Shown in pieces: positions 28,028 to 37,787 of a DNA stretch of 64,000 bases; the stretch's first letter is position 1, and each line of letters opens with the position of its first letter. This DNA comes from Myxococcales bacterium (GTDB lineage Bacteria > Myxococcota_A > Polyangia > Polyangiales > DASUME01). Made by a program: the position numbers and the translations under genes. The stretch spans positions 704,001-768,000 of the forward strand of contig JASGJH010000001.1 in the NCBI GenBank assembly GCA_047601445.1, in the 5' to 3' direction. The notes under the pieces were generated by a model. The model was given only the letters and a program-made list of their open reading frames with translations. It was not told the origin of the DNA and did no database searches.

Positions 28028-29614
28028 CTAGAGCTCTTCCTCGCCCAGATCGAGCGGGTCGTCGTGGGATGCGTTGCTGGTGACCGGCGCGGGACGTTCG
28101 ATGGCCACCCGCTCGAGGGCCGAGGTGAACTCGCGAACTTGGCGCTTGAACTCGGGCAAATCCTTGGAGGCCATGGGCAGACCAGGGCCATTCAGCTGGG
28201 TCGCGGGATCCAGGAAATTGCCGGAGCGCTTGAGTGAGAAATGCAGGTGCGGTCCGGTCGAGCGACCGGTGGAGCCGACGTACGCGATCACCTGGCGCTG
28301 CTCGACCTTGCTGCCCTTCTTGAGGCCTGGCGAGAAGCGCGACAGGTGGGCGTAAAACGTCTCGTAACCCTGGGCGTGGGAGATCGCGAGCAGGTTGCCG
28401 TTGGGACCCTTGGGGCCGATGAAGGTGATGGTCCCGGACGCCGCTGCGCGCACCGGGGTTCCACTGCCGGCTGCGTAGTCGATGCCGTTGTGGAGCTTCT
28501 TGCGCTTGAGCACGGGGTGCAGGCGCATGCCGAAGCCCGACGAGATGTGGTCGTAGCGCAGCGGCGTACGCAGCCAGCCTCCGTGCAGAGCGCGGCCCGT
28601 GGCGTCGTAGAAATCGCCGTCCTCACCCTTGGCCGAGTGCCAGAACGCGGTGAGGTGACCGGCCTTGGCGCCGCGAAACTCGATGGCGTGGATGGTCCCG
28701 TAGCGCAGGAACGTGTCCTCGACGTAGTCCTCGTCGAAGATGATCCGGAAGGTGTCACCAGCGCGGGTATCGGTGGAGAAGTTCACCTTGCCCTCGAAGA
28801 CTTCGGCGAACACGCCGGCCAACGAACGACCGAGCTTGAGGCCCTCGAGGGCATCGCCCAGGGAGCCGTCCACGGTGCCACCCTTGGCCACGCGCTCGTG
28901 GCGGATGGGCACCTGGATCTGTCGTCCCTCGAAGCTCCCGCCGTCGGCGCGGCGCGCCTCGTAGCGCTGCGTCAGGCCCGAGCGGTACTCGAAACGCACC
29001 AGACCTCCGCTGCTGTCTCGCTCCATGATCAGCGTGTCGTCCGGTTGCGAGCGCCGGAAATCCATCACGGGCGTGAGACCAGTGATCACCTGGTTGGCCT
29101 CGTCGCGGGACAGACCATTCTTTTCGAGTGCGTCCTTGAACGAGACGGCTTGCCCGAAGCTGCGCTGGCTGCGGCTCGATGCGCGCGGGTCAGCCGGGGG
29201 GAGGTTGGGCTGGGGCGCCTCGGGCTTCGGCGTGGCCGCCAGCACGGCCGCGGGCGCGCTCGGCTCGCTCGGAGAGGCGCTGGGCGCAGAGTCGAGCACG
29301 GGGGCAGTGTCTGCGGGCACCACTCCGGCCTGCTCGCTCGCTTCAGCGTCCAGGCCGTGATCGTCGCTTTCCTGCTCCGAAGGTCCTGAGATGAACGCGA
29401 TGGCCGCCAGCGCCGCGCCGCCCAACAACGCTGCCGCAATCAGCAGCAAGCGCAGCGCGCGCCGGCTCCGAAGGGCGGAGCGCTCTTCGCGCAAGAGCGG
29501 GATATTGATGGAAGGCAGGGGTCGGAGGGGACGCATCGCGTCCTTCGGGGGCTGCTCCGACGTCATGGCGGCGGCTGGCATATCAGGGGGGGGCCCTAAA
29601 AGCAATCCTCTCAA
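28028..29614 (-). CDS. M23 family peptidoglycan endopeptidase
   Basis: HNGIDY, YAHLS, STGPHLHF; N-terminal TM anchor; start uncertain. Confidence 0.9.
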   Translation of the reverse strand: MRGLLLGPPPDMPAAAMTSEQPPKDAMRPLRPLPSINIPLLREERSALRSRRALRLLLIAAALLGGAALAAIAFISGPSEQESDDHGLDAEASEQAGVVPADTAPVLDSAPSASPSEPSAPAAVLAATPKPEAPQPNLPPADPRASSRSQRSFGQAVSFKDALEKNGLSRDEANQVITGLTPVMDFRRSQPDDTLIMERDSSGGLVRFEYRSGLTQRYEARRADGGSFEGRQIQVPIRHERVAKGGTVDGSLGDALEGLKLGRSLAGVFAEVFEGKVNFSTDTRAGDTFRIIFDEDYVEDTFLRYGTIHAIEFRGAKAGHLTAFWHSAKGEDGDFYDATGRALHGGWLRTPLRYDHISSGFGMRLHPVLKRKKLHNGIDYAAGSGTPVRAAASGTITFIGPKGPNGNLLAISHAQGYETFYAHLSRFSPGLKKGSKVEQRQVIAYVGSTGRSTGPHLHFSLKRSGNFLDPATQLNGPGLPMASKDLPEFKRQVREFTSALERVAIERPAPVTSNASHDDPLDLGEEEL

Positions 29615-29629
29615 GATCCCCCGTTTGGG

Positions 29630-30595
29630 TCAGGCGTCGAACATCCCGAGCGCCCAACGCAGCGTGTTCCGATCGGTGTTCTGTCCCGTGTGCACGATCA
29701 CGACGCGAGACCCTGCGAGCTCGCCACGGATCTTGCGGGCAGCTGCGTAGGCGGCTGCAGCGGCACCTTCGGCCACGTTGTGCGTGGTCTCCAGGGCTTC
29801 GCGCACCGCTTCACGCATCTCCTCCTCGCTCACCAGCACCACTTGATCGAGCTGGCCGCGCAGGAGTTGGAACGGTAGGTCGTAGGCGAAGCGCGTGGCC
29901 AACCCGCCGGCGAAGGTGTCGGCGTGACCCGTGCTCACGAGCTGGCCGGCCTCGAGCGACTGCGCCAGTGCCGGCGCGCGCTCGGCCTGGACTCCGATGA
30001 TCTTCACGTGGGGCAAGAGCGAACGCAGCGCGATTACAGTGCCCGAAGCGCAACTTCCCGAGCCCATGGGCACGATGATGGCGTCGAGCTCCGGCAGCTT
30101 CTCGGCGACCTCCAGCGCCATCGTTCCCACGCCGGCGATCAGCAAAGGCTCATTGGCAGGGTGCACGTAGCGCAGGTGCTCGCTGTGGGCGCGGGCCTCG
30201 GCCTCCAGCCGCGCGTCATCGAAATCGCGGCCGAACTCCACGATCTCCGCGCCCAGGGCCTGCATCAGGGTGTTCTTCTCGGGGTTGTTCCCGCGCGGCA
30301 CGTAGATGACGCAGCGCGATCCGAACAACCGCGCCGCGTAGGCCAGCGATAGGCCGTGGTTGCCGCGGGTGGCCGCGATGACCCCGTACTTGAGCTCGCG
30401 CTCGCCCAGGTTGGCGAACAGGTTCAGCCCGCCGCGCACCTTGAAGGCGCCGATCGGCAGGTGATTTTCGTGCTTCACGTAGGCATCGAAGCCCAGCCGT
30501 GTGCTCAAAAGAGGATGGCGATACAGCGCCGTCGGGGCGAGGTAACGCTTCAAAACGCTTCGCGCGCTGAGGATGTCGCGCATCGTCACGGTCAT
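29630..30595 (-). CDS. PLP-dependent threonine/serine dehydratase (no ACT domain)
   Basis: KHENHLPIGAFKVRGG, TRGNHG, PMGSG. Confidence 0.88.
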   Translation of the reverse strand: MTVTMRDILSARSVLKRYLAPTALYRHPLLSTRLGFDAYVKHENHLPIGAFKVRGGLNLFANLGERELKYGVIAATRGNHGLSLAYAARLFGSRCVIYVPRGNNPEKNTLMQALGAEIVEFGRDFDDARLEAEARAHSEHLRYVHPANEPLLIAGVGTMALEVAEKLPELDAIIVPMGSGSCASGTVIALRSLLPHVKIIGVQAERAPALAQSLEAGQLVSTGHADTFAGGLATRFAYDLPFQLLRGQLDQVVLVSEEEMREAVREALETTHNVAEGAAAAAYAAARKIRGELAGSRVVIVHTGQNTDRNTLRWALGMFDA

Positions 30596-30704
30596 GGGTG
30601 GACGCGAGGATAGCAGCGAAGGCCCGGCTCATTGAGCACTGTTTGGAGGGCGGCGTCGGACCCGCCAAGATGGGGACTTCGCAGGCGAAGTGTGCCGGCC
30701 GTTC

Positions 30705-30734
30705 TTGACACTTCGGCGCACGGGCGCTACTCGT
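30705..30734 (+). promoter_or_regulatory. Candidate sigma70-type promoter for tRNA-Val
   Basis: TTGACA-17 bp-TACTCG about 60 bp upstream of the tRNA. Confidence 0.45.
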
Positions 30735-30793
30735 TCGCACGCTTCTGCCCGAGCCGGTCGGCCCTACGCCGATCCGAATTGGACAGCAGCTAC

Positions 30794-30865
<72 letters not shown>

Positions 30866-31080
30866 CTGCGGCGCTCCCAGAGCGCGCGGTGTTCAAGCCT
30901 GATCTCTCGCGTTCTTGCGGGGGTGCAAGCGGAACGCTTGCCAGGTTCTGCCCGTGTTCTAGCCGCATCTGTTCGGGCGGCTAGCGCAAGCGTCAGCTTG
31001 CGGCGGGCGGGCTCCAGGGGTAATCCGGCGAGCGGACACATTGTCGAGAAGGGTGCTCCCTTCCTACCGGAGGTTCTGCC

Positions 31081-31782
31081 ATCAATAAGCCCAACTTCGA
31101 TCCTCGAGCGCGCGTATTTTCCGGTCCACGAGTCAACGAACGCATCCGCGTTCCCGAAGTGCGCGTGATTGGACCCGAGGGCGAGATGCTGGGAATCATG
31201 CAGACGCGTGAGGCCTTCCTCTACGCCCGCGACCGCGAACTCGACCTCGTAGAAGTCAATCCCAAGGCCCATCCCCCGGTTTGCAAGGTGATGGACTTCG
31301 GAAAGTACAAGTACGAGGAAAAGAAGAAGCAGGCTGACGCGCGCAAGCGCCAGACCATCGTCGAACTCAAAGAGATCAAGATCCGTCCCAAGACGGACGA
31401 TCACGACATGGAGTTCAAGCTCAAGCACATCCGTCGTTTCCTCGAAGAGGGCGACAAGGTGAAGATTACCTGTCGCTTCCGCGGTCGCGAGATCACGCAC
31501 CCCGAGACGGCGCAGAAGCAGCTCGACATCATGGCCGAGCGCATCCAGGACATCGGCAGCGTGGAGACCACGGCCCGCATGGAGGGACGCACCATGACCC
31601 TCGTGTTGGCACCCAAGGTGTCCAAGGCCCAGATGATGGCCAAGAAGCGCCAGGAAGAGCAGCGCGCACGTCGTGAGAAGGTGCTTGCTGCCGGCGGCAG
31701 CGAGGCCGAGGCGGCCGCAGCCGAGAACGAGGAAGACGAGGATTGGGAGGACGAGGGGGCCGAGGACAACTCCCTGAACTGA
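31081..31782 (+). CDS. infC: Translation initiation factor IF-3, probable ATC start, acidic C-terminal extension
   Basis: GGAGG 7 nt before ATC 31081, in frame with RVNERIRVPEVRVIG; PPVCKVMDFGKYKYE, KEIKIRP, FRGREI. Confidence 0.95.
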   Translation: MNKPNFDPRARVFSGPRVNERIRVPEVRVIGPEGEMLGIMQTREAFLYARDRELDLVEVNPKAHPPVCKVMDFGKYKYEEKKKQADARKRQTIVELKEIKIRPKTDDHDMEFKLKHIRRFLEEGDKVKITCRFRGREITHPETAQKQLDIMAERIQDIGSVETTARMEGRTMTLVLAPKVSKAQMMAKKRQEEQRARREKVLAAGGSEAEAAAAENEEDEDWEDEGAEDNSLN

Positions 31783-31843
31783 GGGACAGACGTCCCGGTT
31801 CGGCGGAACCCCCGGCAACTGCTCACTTCCCGTTCGAGTCAAC

Positions 31844-31872
31844 TTGACAGAAGTCCCCCGGACTTCTACATA
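31844..31872 (+). promoter_or_regulatory. Candidate sigma70-type promoter for rpmI-rplT with palindromic spacer
   Basis: TTGACA-17 bp-TACATA; AGAAGTCC-CCC-GGACTTCT inverted repeat covers the spacer. Confidence 0.5.
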
Positions 31873-31982
31873 GCGCGACCCGCGTAGCATGGGTGAACGC
31901 CCGTGTACGCCTTGCTCTCCGGCCTCGCCCGTCCGTTCGGCGGCCCCGAGTTTCGGAAAGCAGTTACGACCCAGGATTTGCC

Positions 31983-32180
31983 ATGCCGAAGATGAAGACC
32001 AACAGCAGCGCGAAGAAGCGCTTCAAGGTGACGGGCAGCGGCCGCGTGCGTCGCGGTTCGGCAGGCCTTAGCCACATGATGATCGGCAAGTCTGCCAATC
32101 GCCGTCGCAAGCTCCGCAAGCATGAGATGGTGGACGACGCCGACCAGAAGCGCATCAAGCGCCTCTTGCCCTACGGTTGA
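31983..32180 (+). CDS. rpmI: 50S ribosomal protein L35
   Basis: MPKMKTNSSAKKRFKVTGSG. Confidence 0.97.
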   Translation: MPKMKTNSSAKKRFKVTGSGRVRRGSAGLSHMMIGKSANRRRKLRKHEMVDDADQKRIKRLLPYG

Positions 32181-32254
32181 TTCAAACTCACGAACCCCAT
32201 GTTCTGCCGTCTGTCTTCGCAGGACAGCGGCCCTGGTAAAAGGAACTAGATCTC

Positions 32255-32602
32255 ATGCCGCGCGCAAAACGCGGGTTCAAAGCCCGCCGCCGTCGTAACC
32301 GAGTCTTGAAGCACGCCAAGGGCTTCTATGGCGCCCGCCGCACCCAGTTCGGCGATGCCGTCGAGCAGGTGCGCCACGCCTGGTCCGCCTCCTACCGCAG
32401 CCGCCGCCAGCGTCGTCGCGACTACCGCGCGCTCTGGATCGCCCGTATCAACGCGGGTGCGCGTCTCGTGGGCGTCAGCTACTCCAAGCTGATGGGCAAG
32501 CTCAAGAGCTCCAAGATCGAGCTCGACCGCAAGGTCCTCGCCGACATCGCGCTGCAGGATCCCGCGGGCTTTAAGGCGGTTGTTCAGGCCAGCCAGGGCT
32601 AA
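32255..32602 (+). CDS. rplT: 50S ribosomal protein L20
   Basis: MPRAKRG, RALWIARINAGAR, LDRKVLADIA. Confidence 0.97.
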   Translation: MPRAKRGFKARRRRNRVLKHAKGFYGARRTQFGDAVEQVRHAWSASYRSRRQRRRDYRALWIARINAGARLVGVSYSKLMGKLKSSKIELDRKVLADIALQDPAGFKAVVQASQG

Positions 32603-32664
32603 AGACACCGCTTCCTACTGTGCTCGCGGGCGGGCCGCCCGCTTCGACACACGCTTACTCCATG

Positions 32665-32707
32665 CCCCGGCTGACCGTGCAAACGGTCTCGCTGGGGTTT
32701 TTGTTTT
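32665..32707 (+). terminator. Intrinsic terminator-like hairpin between rplT and pheS
   Basis: CCCCGGC..GACCGT-GCAA-ACGGTC..GCTGGGG then TTTTTGTTTT. Confidence 0.7.
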
Positions 32708-32730
32708 GCCGAACAGAACCGGGAACGGCC

Positions 32731-33756
32731 ATGAGTCAGCCAGACATCGTCCAAGAGTTCGAAGCAGGCTTCGCTCGCATGCGCGAGGCGTACAAGGGGG
32801 CCTTCGAGGGCGCCAAGAGTGAGCATGAGTTGCGCGAGCAGAACGCGCGCTTCTTGGGCCCGGCGGGCGAGCTCACCCAGCTGATGAAGCGCATGCGCGA
32901 CGTGCCCGGGGACAAGAAGAAGGAACTCGGGCAACGCTCCAACACGCTCAAGGCGGAGATCGAGCAGGCCTTTGCCGAACGCCTGGCGAACCTGGCGCGC
33001 GCGGTGCGCGAGGCGGAGTTGTCGGGGCCGATGCTCGATGTGAGCCTGCCGGGACGCACCGCGCGGGTGGGGCGCCTGCATCCGATCACCCAGGTGACTT
33101 ATCGTCTGCTCGACGTGTTCACGTCCATGGGCTTCGACGTGGCCGACGGCCCCGAGATCGATTTGCACGAGCACAACTTCGACAAGCTCGGCTTCCCCAA
33201 GGACCACCCTGCGACGGACATGCAGGACAGCTTCTACATCTCGCGGGACGGCACCGTGAGTCAGAAGTCCCTGCTGCGCACGCACACGTCCACCATCCAG
33301 ATTCGCGAGATGCTGACGCGCAAGCCGCCGCTCGCCGTGGTGGCCCCTGGCGCGGTCTTCCGGCGCGACGACGACGCCACTCATTCGCCGATGTTCTTCC
33401 AGATCGAGGGCTTCATCGTCGACGAGGGCATCACCTTCGCGCACCTGAAGGGCGTCCTCACGCGCTTCTTGCAGGCCTTGTTCGGCGCCGACGCGCCGGT
33501 GCGCTTTCGCCCCAGCTACTTCCCCTTCGTGGAGCCTGGCGGCGAGGTCGACGTGGGCCGCAACGGCAAGTGGCTGGAGGTCCTAGGCTGCGGGATGATC
33601 CACCCCGTGGTGCTCGAGAACGTGGGCTACGACCCCGAGCGCGTGAGCGGCTTCGCCTTCGGCATGGGCGTCGATCGCATGGCGATGCTCCTCTACGGGA
33701 TCGACAACATCAAACAGCTTTACGAGAACGACGTAAGGCTCCTGTCTCAGTTCTAA
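32731..33756 (+). CDS. pheS: Phenylalanine-tRNA ligase alpha subunit
   Basis: GRLHPI, HPATDMQDSFY, LLRTHTS, FRPSYFPFVEP, GFAFGMGVDR. Confidence 0.97.
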   Translation: MSQPDIVQEFEAGFARMREAYKGAFEGAKSEHELREQNARFLGPAGELTQLMKRMRDVPGDKKKELGQRSNTLKAEIEQAFAERLANLARAVREAELSGPMLDVSLPGRTARVGRLHPITQVTYRLLDVFTSMGFDVADGPEIDLHEHNFDKLGFPKDHPATDMQDSFYISRDGTVSQKSLLRTHTSTIQIREMLTRKPPLAVVAPGAVFRRDDDATHSPMFFQIEGFIVDEGITFAHLKGVLTRFLQALFGADAPVRFRPSYFPFVEPGGEVDVGRNGKWLEVLGCGMIHPVVLENVGYDPERVSGFAFGMGVDRMAMLLYGIDNIKQLYENDVRLLSQF

Positions 33757-33768
33757 GCGGGTGCGCTC

Positions 33769-36237
33769 ATGTTGGCTTCCACCAAATGGTTGAATGAACT
33801 CACGGGACTCGGGGCGAGCGTCGAGCAGCTCTCGGCGCGCTTCACCGAGCTCGGGCTCGAGGTCGAGGGCATCAAGGCCTACGGTCAGCTACCCGGCGTC
33901 GTGGTGGCCGAGGTGCGCGGTAAGCGCGCCCATCCGCAGCGCGAGAACCTCTCGTTGGTCACGCTGTTCGACGGCAGCCAGGAGATCGAGGTCGTCTGCG
34001 GCGCGCCCAACGTCCCGGTGGCTGGCAAGCGCGTGTTGTTTGCGCAGCTGGGCGCCAAGCTGCCGAACGGCATGGAGATCAGCGAGCGCAAGCTGGCCGG
34101 CGTGGTGTCACGCGGGATGATCTGTTCCGAGGTGGAGCTCGACATCGGGGCTGACGGAGACGGCATTCTGGTGCTCGCGGACGATGCGGTCGCCAAGCCC
34201 GGCACCAGTGCGAGTCAGGCTCTCGACCTCGAGGACCATGTGCTCGAGATCGGTCTCACGCCCAATCGCCCGGATTGTCTCGGGCACGTGGGCCTGGCCC
34301 GCGAGCTGTGCGCCGCGCTGCCCGGGGGCACCCTGAAGTTGCCCAGGGGGGCCGAGCCGAGCCGCACCCTGCGCTCCGAGATCCCTGCGGGCACCAAGCC
34401 CGTCGAGCTGTTCGCGGGCCAAATGTCGGACGCGATGGCGACTCCGGTCGCGCTCACGGTCGCCGATCCCGAGCGCTGTCCCCGCTACGCCGCTTGCGTG
34501 GTGCAGGGAGTCAAGGTGGGGCCTTCGCCGTTCTGGCTGCGCTACCGCCTGCACGTGATGGGGCTGCGCTCCATCAACAACGCCGTCGACATCACCAATC
34601 TCGTGCTGCTCGAGTACGGCTATCCGACCCACGCCTTCGATCTGGGGCTCGTGCGCGGCGGACGCATCGAGGTGCGCACGGGGAGGGCAGGCGAGTCGCT
34701 GCGATCCCTCGATGGCGTGGAGCGCCAAGTCGGCTCGGACGATCTCGTGATTTGCGACGCCGAGGGGCCGCTGGCCGTAGCAGGCGTGATGGGTGGTGCC
34801 GATAGCGGTATTCGCGAGACGACCCAGAACGTGCTGGTCGAGTGCGCCTACTTCGATCCCCGTGGCGTGCGACGCACGTCGCGGCGGCTGGGGCTGCACA
34901 CGGACTCGTCGCACCGTTTCGAGCGCGGTGTGGATCCGCAGGCGGTTCCGCGTGTCCTGGCTCGGGTCGCGGCGCTCCTCTCGGAGCTATGCGGCGGGGT
35001 ACCGGCCGCTTCGGGCTTCGAGGTGTATCCCAAGTCGATCGCGCAGCCCGAGATCACGCTGCGCAGCGCGCGTACCGAGGCGTTGCTGGGCGTGAAGCTT
35101 CCGGCGGGCAAGGCGCAGGCCGTGCTCTCGGCTTTGGGGTGCCAGGTGAGCGAAGGGGCCGCCGGCCAGTTCAAGGTGGTGGCGCCTTCGCATCGCCCAG
35201 ACCTCACGCGCGAGGAAGACCTCATCGAGGAGATCGCGCGCGTTTGGGGCTACGACAAGATCCCCACCGAGGTCCCGAGCATCAAGGCTTCCCACGACGG
35301 CACGCAGCCGCTCACGCGCTTCGTGCGTGCGCTGAAGGAGCGCGCAGCCGCCGTGGGACTGACCGAAGCGGTGAACTACGCCTTCGTTGCACCCAAGCAG
35401 CTCGAGCGCGCGCGTGTGTCCACGAATGCCGTGCGCGTGGCCAATCCACTCTCCGAGGAGCGCTCTGTGATGCGCACGAGCCTCCTGCCTGGTCTGGCTG
35501 CCAACCTGCTGCGCGCACAGCGCCACCAGGTTGCGAGCACCACCATCTTCGAACTCGCACGCACCTTCGAACCCAGCCAGGGCGACCTACCTCAGGAACG
35601 CCACATGTTCGGCGTGATCTTGGCGGGCAGCCGGGCGGACTGGATCGGGGAAGAGGGAACGCTCGACTTCTTCGATGGCAAGGGTGTGCTCGAGAGCATC
35701 GTGCGCCCGTTGACGCGCCAGAGTGTCGACACGTTGCCCGACGCGGAGTTCGTTGCTGCTCAAGCGTTTCTGCATCCACGGCGCGCCGCGCGCCTCGTGG
35801 TGGGTTCGCGCTCGGTGGGGCTGCTGGGGGAGCTGCACCCGGATGTGGTGGAGTCCCTCGAGCTGAGCGGGCCCGTCGTGTATGCGGAGATCGTGGTGGC
35901 CGAGCTGCTCGCGGCGCGTGAAGCGGGTGCACCGCAGGTGCGTGGCTTGCCGCGCTTCCCGGCCTCCAGCCGAGACATCGCTATCGAGGTCGACGAGGCT
36001 GTCTCGGCTGGCAGCGTGGCCGAGCTCCTGCGTCGTGCCGGGGGCAAGCTGCTCGAACAGGTGCGCCTGTTCGACCTTTATCGAGGCGGTCAGCTGAAGG
36101 CGGGGAAGAAGAGCCTGGCGTTCCGGCTAACCTACCGAGACGCGGAAGCGACGCTGACCGATCAGCGTGTCGACGAGGCTCACGCCAAGGTGGTGGCCGA
36201 GGCAAGCAAGGGCTTTGGCGGGTCGCTGCGAACCTGA
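33769..36237 (+). CDS. pheT: Phenylalanine-tRNA ligase beta subunit
   Basis: VCGAPNV, LTPNRPDCL, RFERGVDP, REEDLIEEIAR, MRTSLLPGL, KKSLAFRLTYR. Confidence 0.97.
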   Translation: MLASTKWLNELTGLGASVEQLSARFTELGLEVEGIKAYGQLPGVVVAEVRGKRAHPQRENLSLVTLFDGSQEIEVVCGAPNVPVAGKRVLFAQLGAKLPNGMEISERKLAGVVSRGMICSEVELDIGADGDGILVLADDAVAKPGTSASQALDLEDHVLEIGLTPNRPDCLGHVGLARELCAALPGGTLKLPRGAEPSRTLRSEIPAGTKPVELFAGQMSDAMATPVALTVADPERCPRYAACVVQGVKVGPSPFWLRYRLHVMGLRSINNAVDITNLVLLEYGYPTHAFDLGLVRGGRIEVRTGRAGESLRSLDGVERQVGSDDLVICDAEGPLAVAGVMGGADSGIRETTQNVLVECAYFDPRGVRRTSRRLGLHTDSSHRFERGVDPQAVPRVLARVAALLSELCGGVPAASGFEVYPKSIAQPEITLRSARTEALLGVKLPAGKAQAVLSALGCQVSEGAAGQFKVVAPSHRPDLTREEDLIEEIARVWGYDKIPTEVPSIKASHDGTQPLTRFVRALKERAAAVGLTEAVNYAFVAPKQLERARVSTNAVRVANPLSEERSVMRTSLLPGLAANLLRAQRHQVASTTIFELARTFEPSQGDLPQERHMFGVILAGSRADWIGEEGTLDFFDGKGVLESIVRPLTRQSVDTLPDAEFVAAQAFLHPRRAARLVVGSRSVGLLGELHPDVVESLELSGPVVYAEIVVAELLAAREAGAPQVRGLPRFPASSRDIAIEVDEAVSAGSVAELLRRAGGKLLEQVRLFDLYRGGQLKAGKKSLAFRLTYRDAEATLTDQRVDEAHAKVVAEASKGFGGSLRT

Positions 36238-36525
36238 TCGCGTGAGGCGCCGGGCCTGAGTGCGCCAGACACGGGGCTTGGCATGGCCCATGTAGGATAT
36301 GTGCACGATCTGGTTGGGGATCTCGTCCTTGGCCCGAATCAGCACGTTTCTCGTTAGCCAGATCGCAAAAAGTGCAGGTCGGCGGACAGAAATCACCCTG
36401 GTGGAGGCGTAGAAAGGCCGGGTGCGTTTCATCTTTGCCAACGAAACCGGCTATTTGCGCTTGTGCCTCGCGATCGAACGTGGTCACAATAGAGGGTCGC
36501 TAGGGGACGCGTTCAGGAGGCCTTC

Positions 36526-36852
36526 ATGACCAAGGCTGAGATCATCGACGCCGTTTACGAGAAAGTCGGCGGATTCTCAAAGAAGGAGTCCGCCGAAATC
36601 GTGGAGGCGGTGTTCGACACCATGAAGGAAGTCCTGGCCGACGGGAAAAAGATCAAGATCTCCGGCTTTGGGAACTTCGTGGTGCGAGCCAAGAAGCAGC
36701 GCATCGGTCGCAACCCGCAGACGGGAGCACCGATTCCGATCAGCGCGCGTCGCGTGCTCACCTTCAAACCGAGCCAGGTTCTGAAGGGCGTGCTCAATCC
36801 GCACAAGGCGGAGGCTCAAGCACAGCTGCGCCAGGCGCAGACCGAAGGCTAA
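36526..36852 (+). CDS. ihfA: Integration host factor alpha
   Basis: MTKAEI, KISGFGNF, GRNPQTG, RRVLTFKPS; follows pheT. Confidence 0.92.
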   Translation: MTKAEIIDAVYEKVGGFSKKESAEIVEAVFDTMKEVLADGKKIKISGFGNFVVRAKKQRIGRNPQTGAPIPISARRVLTFKPSQVLKGVLNPHKAEAQAQLRQAQTEG

Positions 36853-36882
36853 AACTTCCTTCCGCAGCAGGGCAGTCTCTCC

Positions 36883-37491
36883 ATGCCGTCCGTGCCCCCT
36901 GACGATCAGCGCCAAGTCCCGCATGGCAGCGCCTCTGGTGACGACACCGAGACGCTGTTGCTCGATCTGCGTCCAGGCAAGACCGCGCTCCCAGACAAGC
37001 AGTTCTTCAAGATCGGCGAAGCAGCAGACATCGTCGGCGTGAAGACCCACGTGTTGCGCTACTGGGAGAGCGAGTTTCCGAGCTTGCGCCCCATGAAGAC
37101 GCGCGGCGCGCATCGCATGTACCGCCGGGCCGATGTGGAGCTCGCCTGCTTGATCAGGCGGCTTTTGCACCAGGAGGGCTACACGATCCCGGGCGCCAAA
37201 AAGCGTGTGCGCGAGCTCGTCGCTATGCGCGCGCAGGGCGGCGTTCCGAGTGACGGCGAAGCCAATCGGGCCACGGGGCCCAAGGCGAAGACGAGCGTGG
37301 ATCCACAGGCTGCGCGTGAGCTCGGCCTGCGAGCGGAGCTCATCCACGTGCGCAACGAGCTGTCGGCGCTGCTTTCGTCGCTCGATCGCCAGGTCGCTGC
37401 CAAGGACGCGGCGGCGGGCGAGGAGCCGGCACGGGCTACGGTTACTGCCGTGGTCGCCAAAACGGCGCTCATCACCCAGCGCACGCGCTGA
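36883..37491 (+). CDS. MerR-family HTH protein (conserved after ihfA)
   Basis: [26 protein letters not shown]. Confidence 0.9.
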   Translation: MPSVPPDDQRQVPHGSASGDDTETLLLDLRPGKTALPDKQFFKIGEAADIVGVKTHVLRYWESEFPSLRPMKTRGAHRMYRRADVELACLIRRLLHQEGYTIPGAKKRVRELVAMRAQGGVPSDGEANRATGPKAKTSVDPQAARELGLRAELIHVRNELSALLSSLDRQVAAKDAAAGEEPARATVTAVVAKTALITQRTR

Positions 37492-37632
37492 AAACGCCCG
37501 GAATTCGCCCAACTGGGAGGCGCGAGGCGTTCCCATCCGGAATCGTTTCAGAATGCGTTGTTCGGAGTTGCGGGCAGGGACGATTCGACTATCCTCCGCA
37601 CCTCTTCGAGCCGAGAGGTTCGCGGAAACGTT

Positions 37633-37710
37633 CGGGGCGTAGCGCAGCCTGGTTAGCGCACCAGACTGGGGGTCTGGGGGTCGCTGGTTCGAATCCAGTC
37701 GCCCCGACCA
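37633..37710 (+). tRNA. tRNA-Pro(GGG)
   Basis: CGGGGCG/CGCCCCG acceptor, CCAGA-CTGGGGG-TCTGG anticodon arm, GGTTCGAATCC, encoded CCA. Confidence 0.97.
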
Positions 37711-37718
37711 GTACAAGA

Positions 37719-37753
37719 GAAGCCCGCAGGTCCCCCAGACCTGCGGGTTTTCC
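37719..37753 (+). terminator. Terminator after tRNA-Pro
   Basis: GCCCGCAGGTC/GACCTGCGGGT hairpin followed by TTT. Confidence 0.7.
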
Positions 37754-37787
37754 CAATTCGGACTCGCAGTGACCGCTGTTCGCAGCG

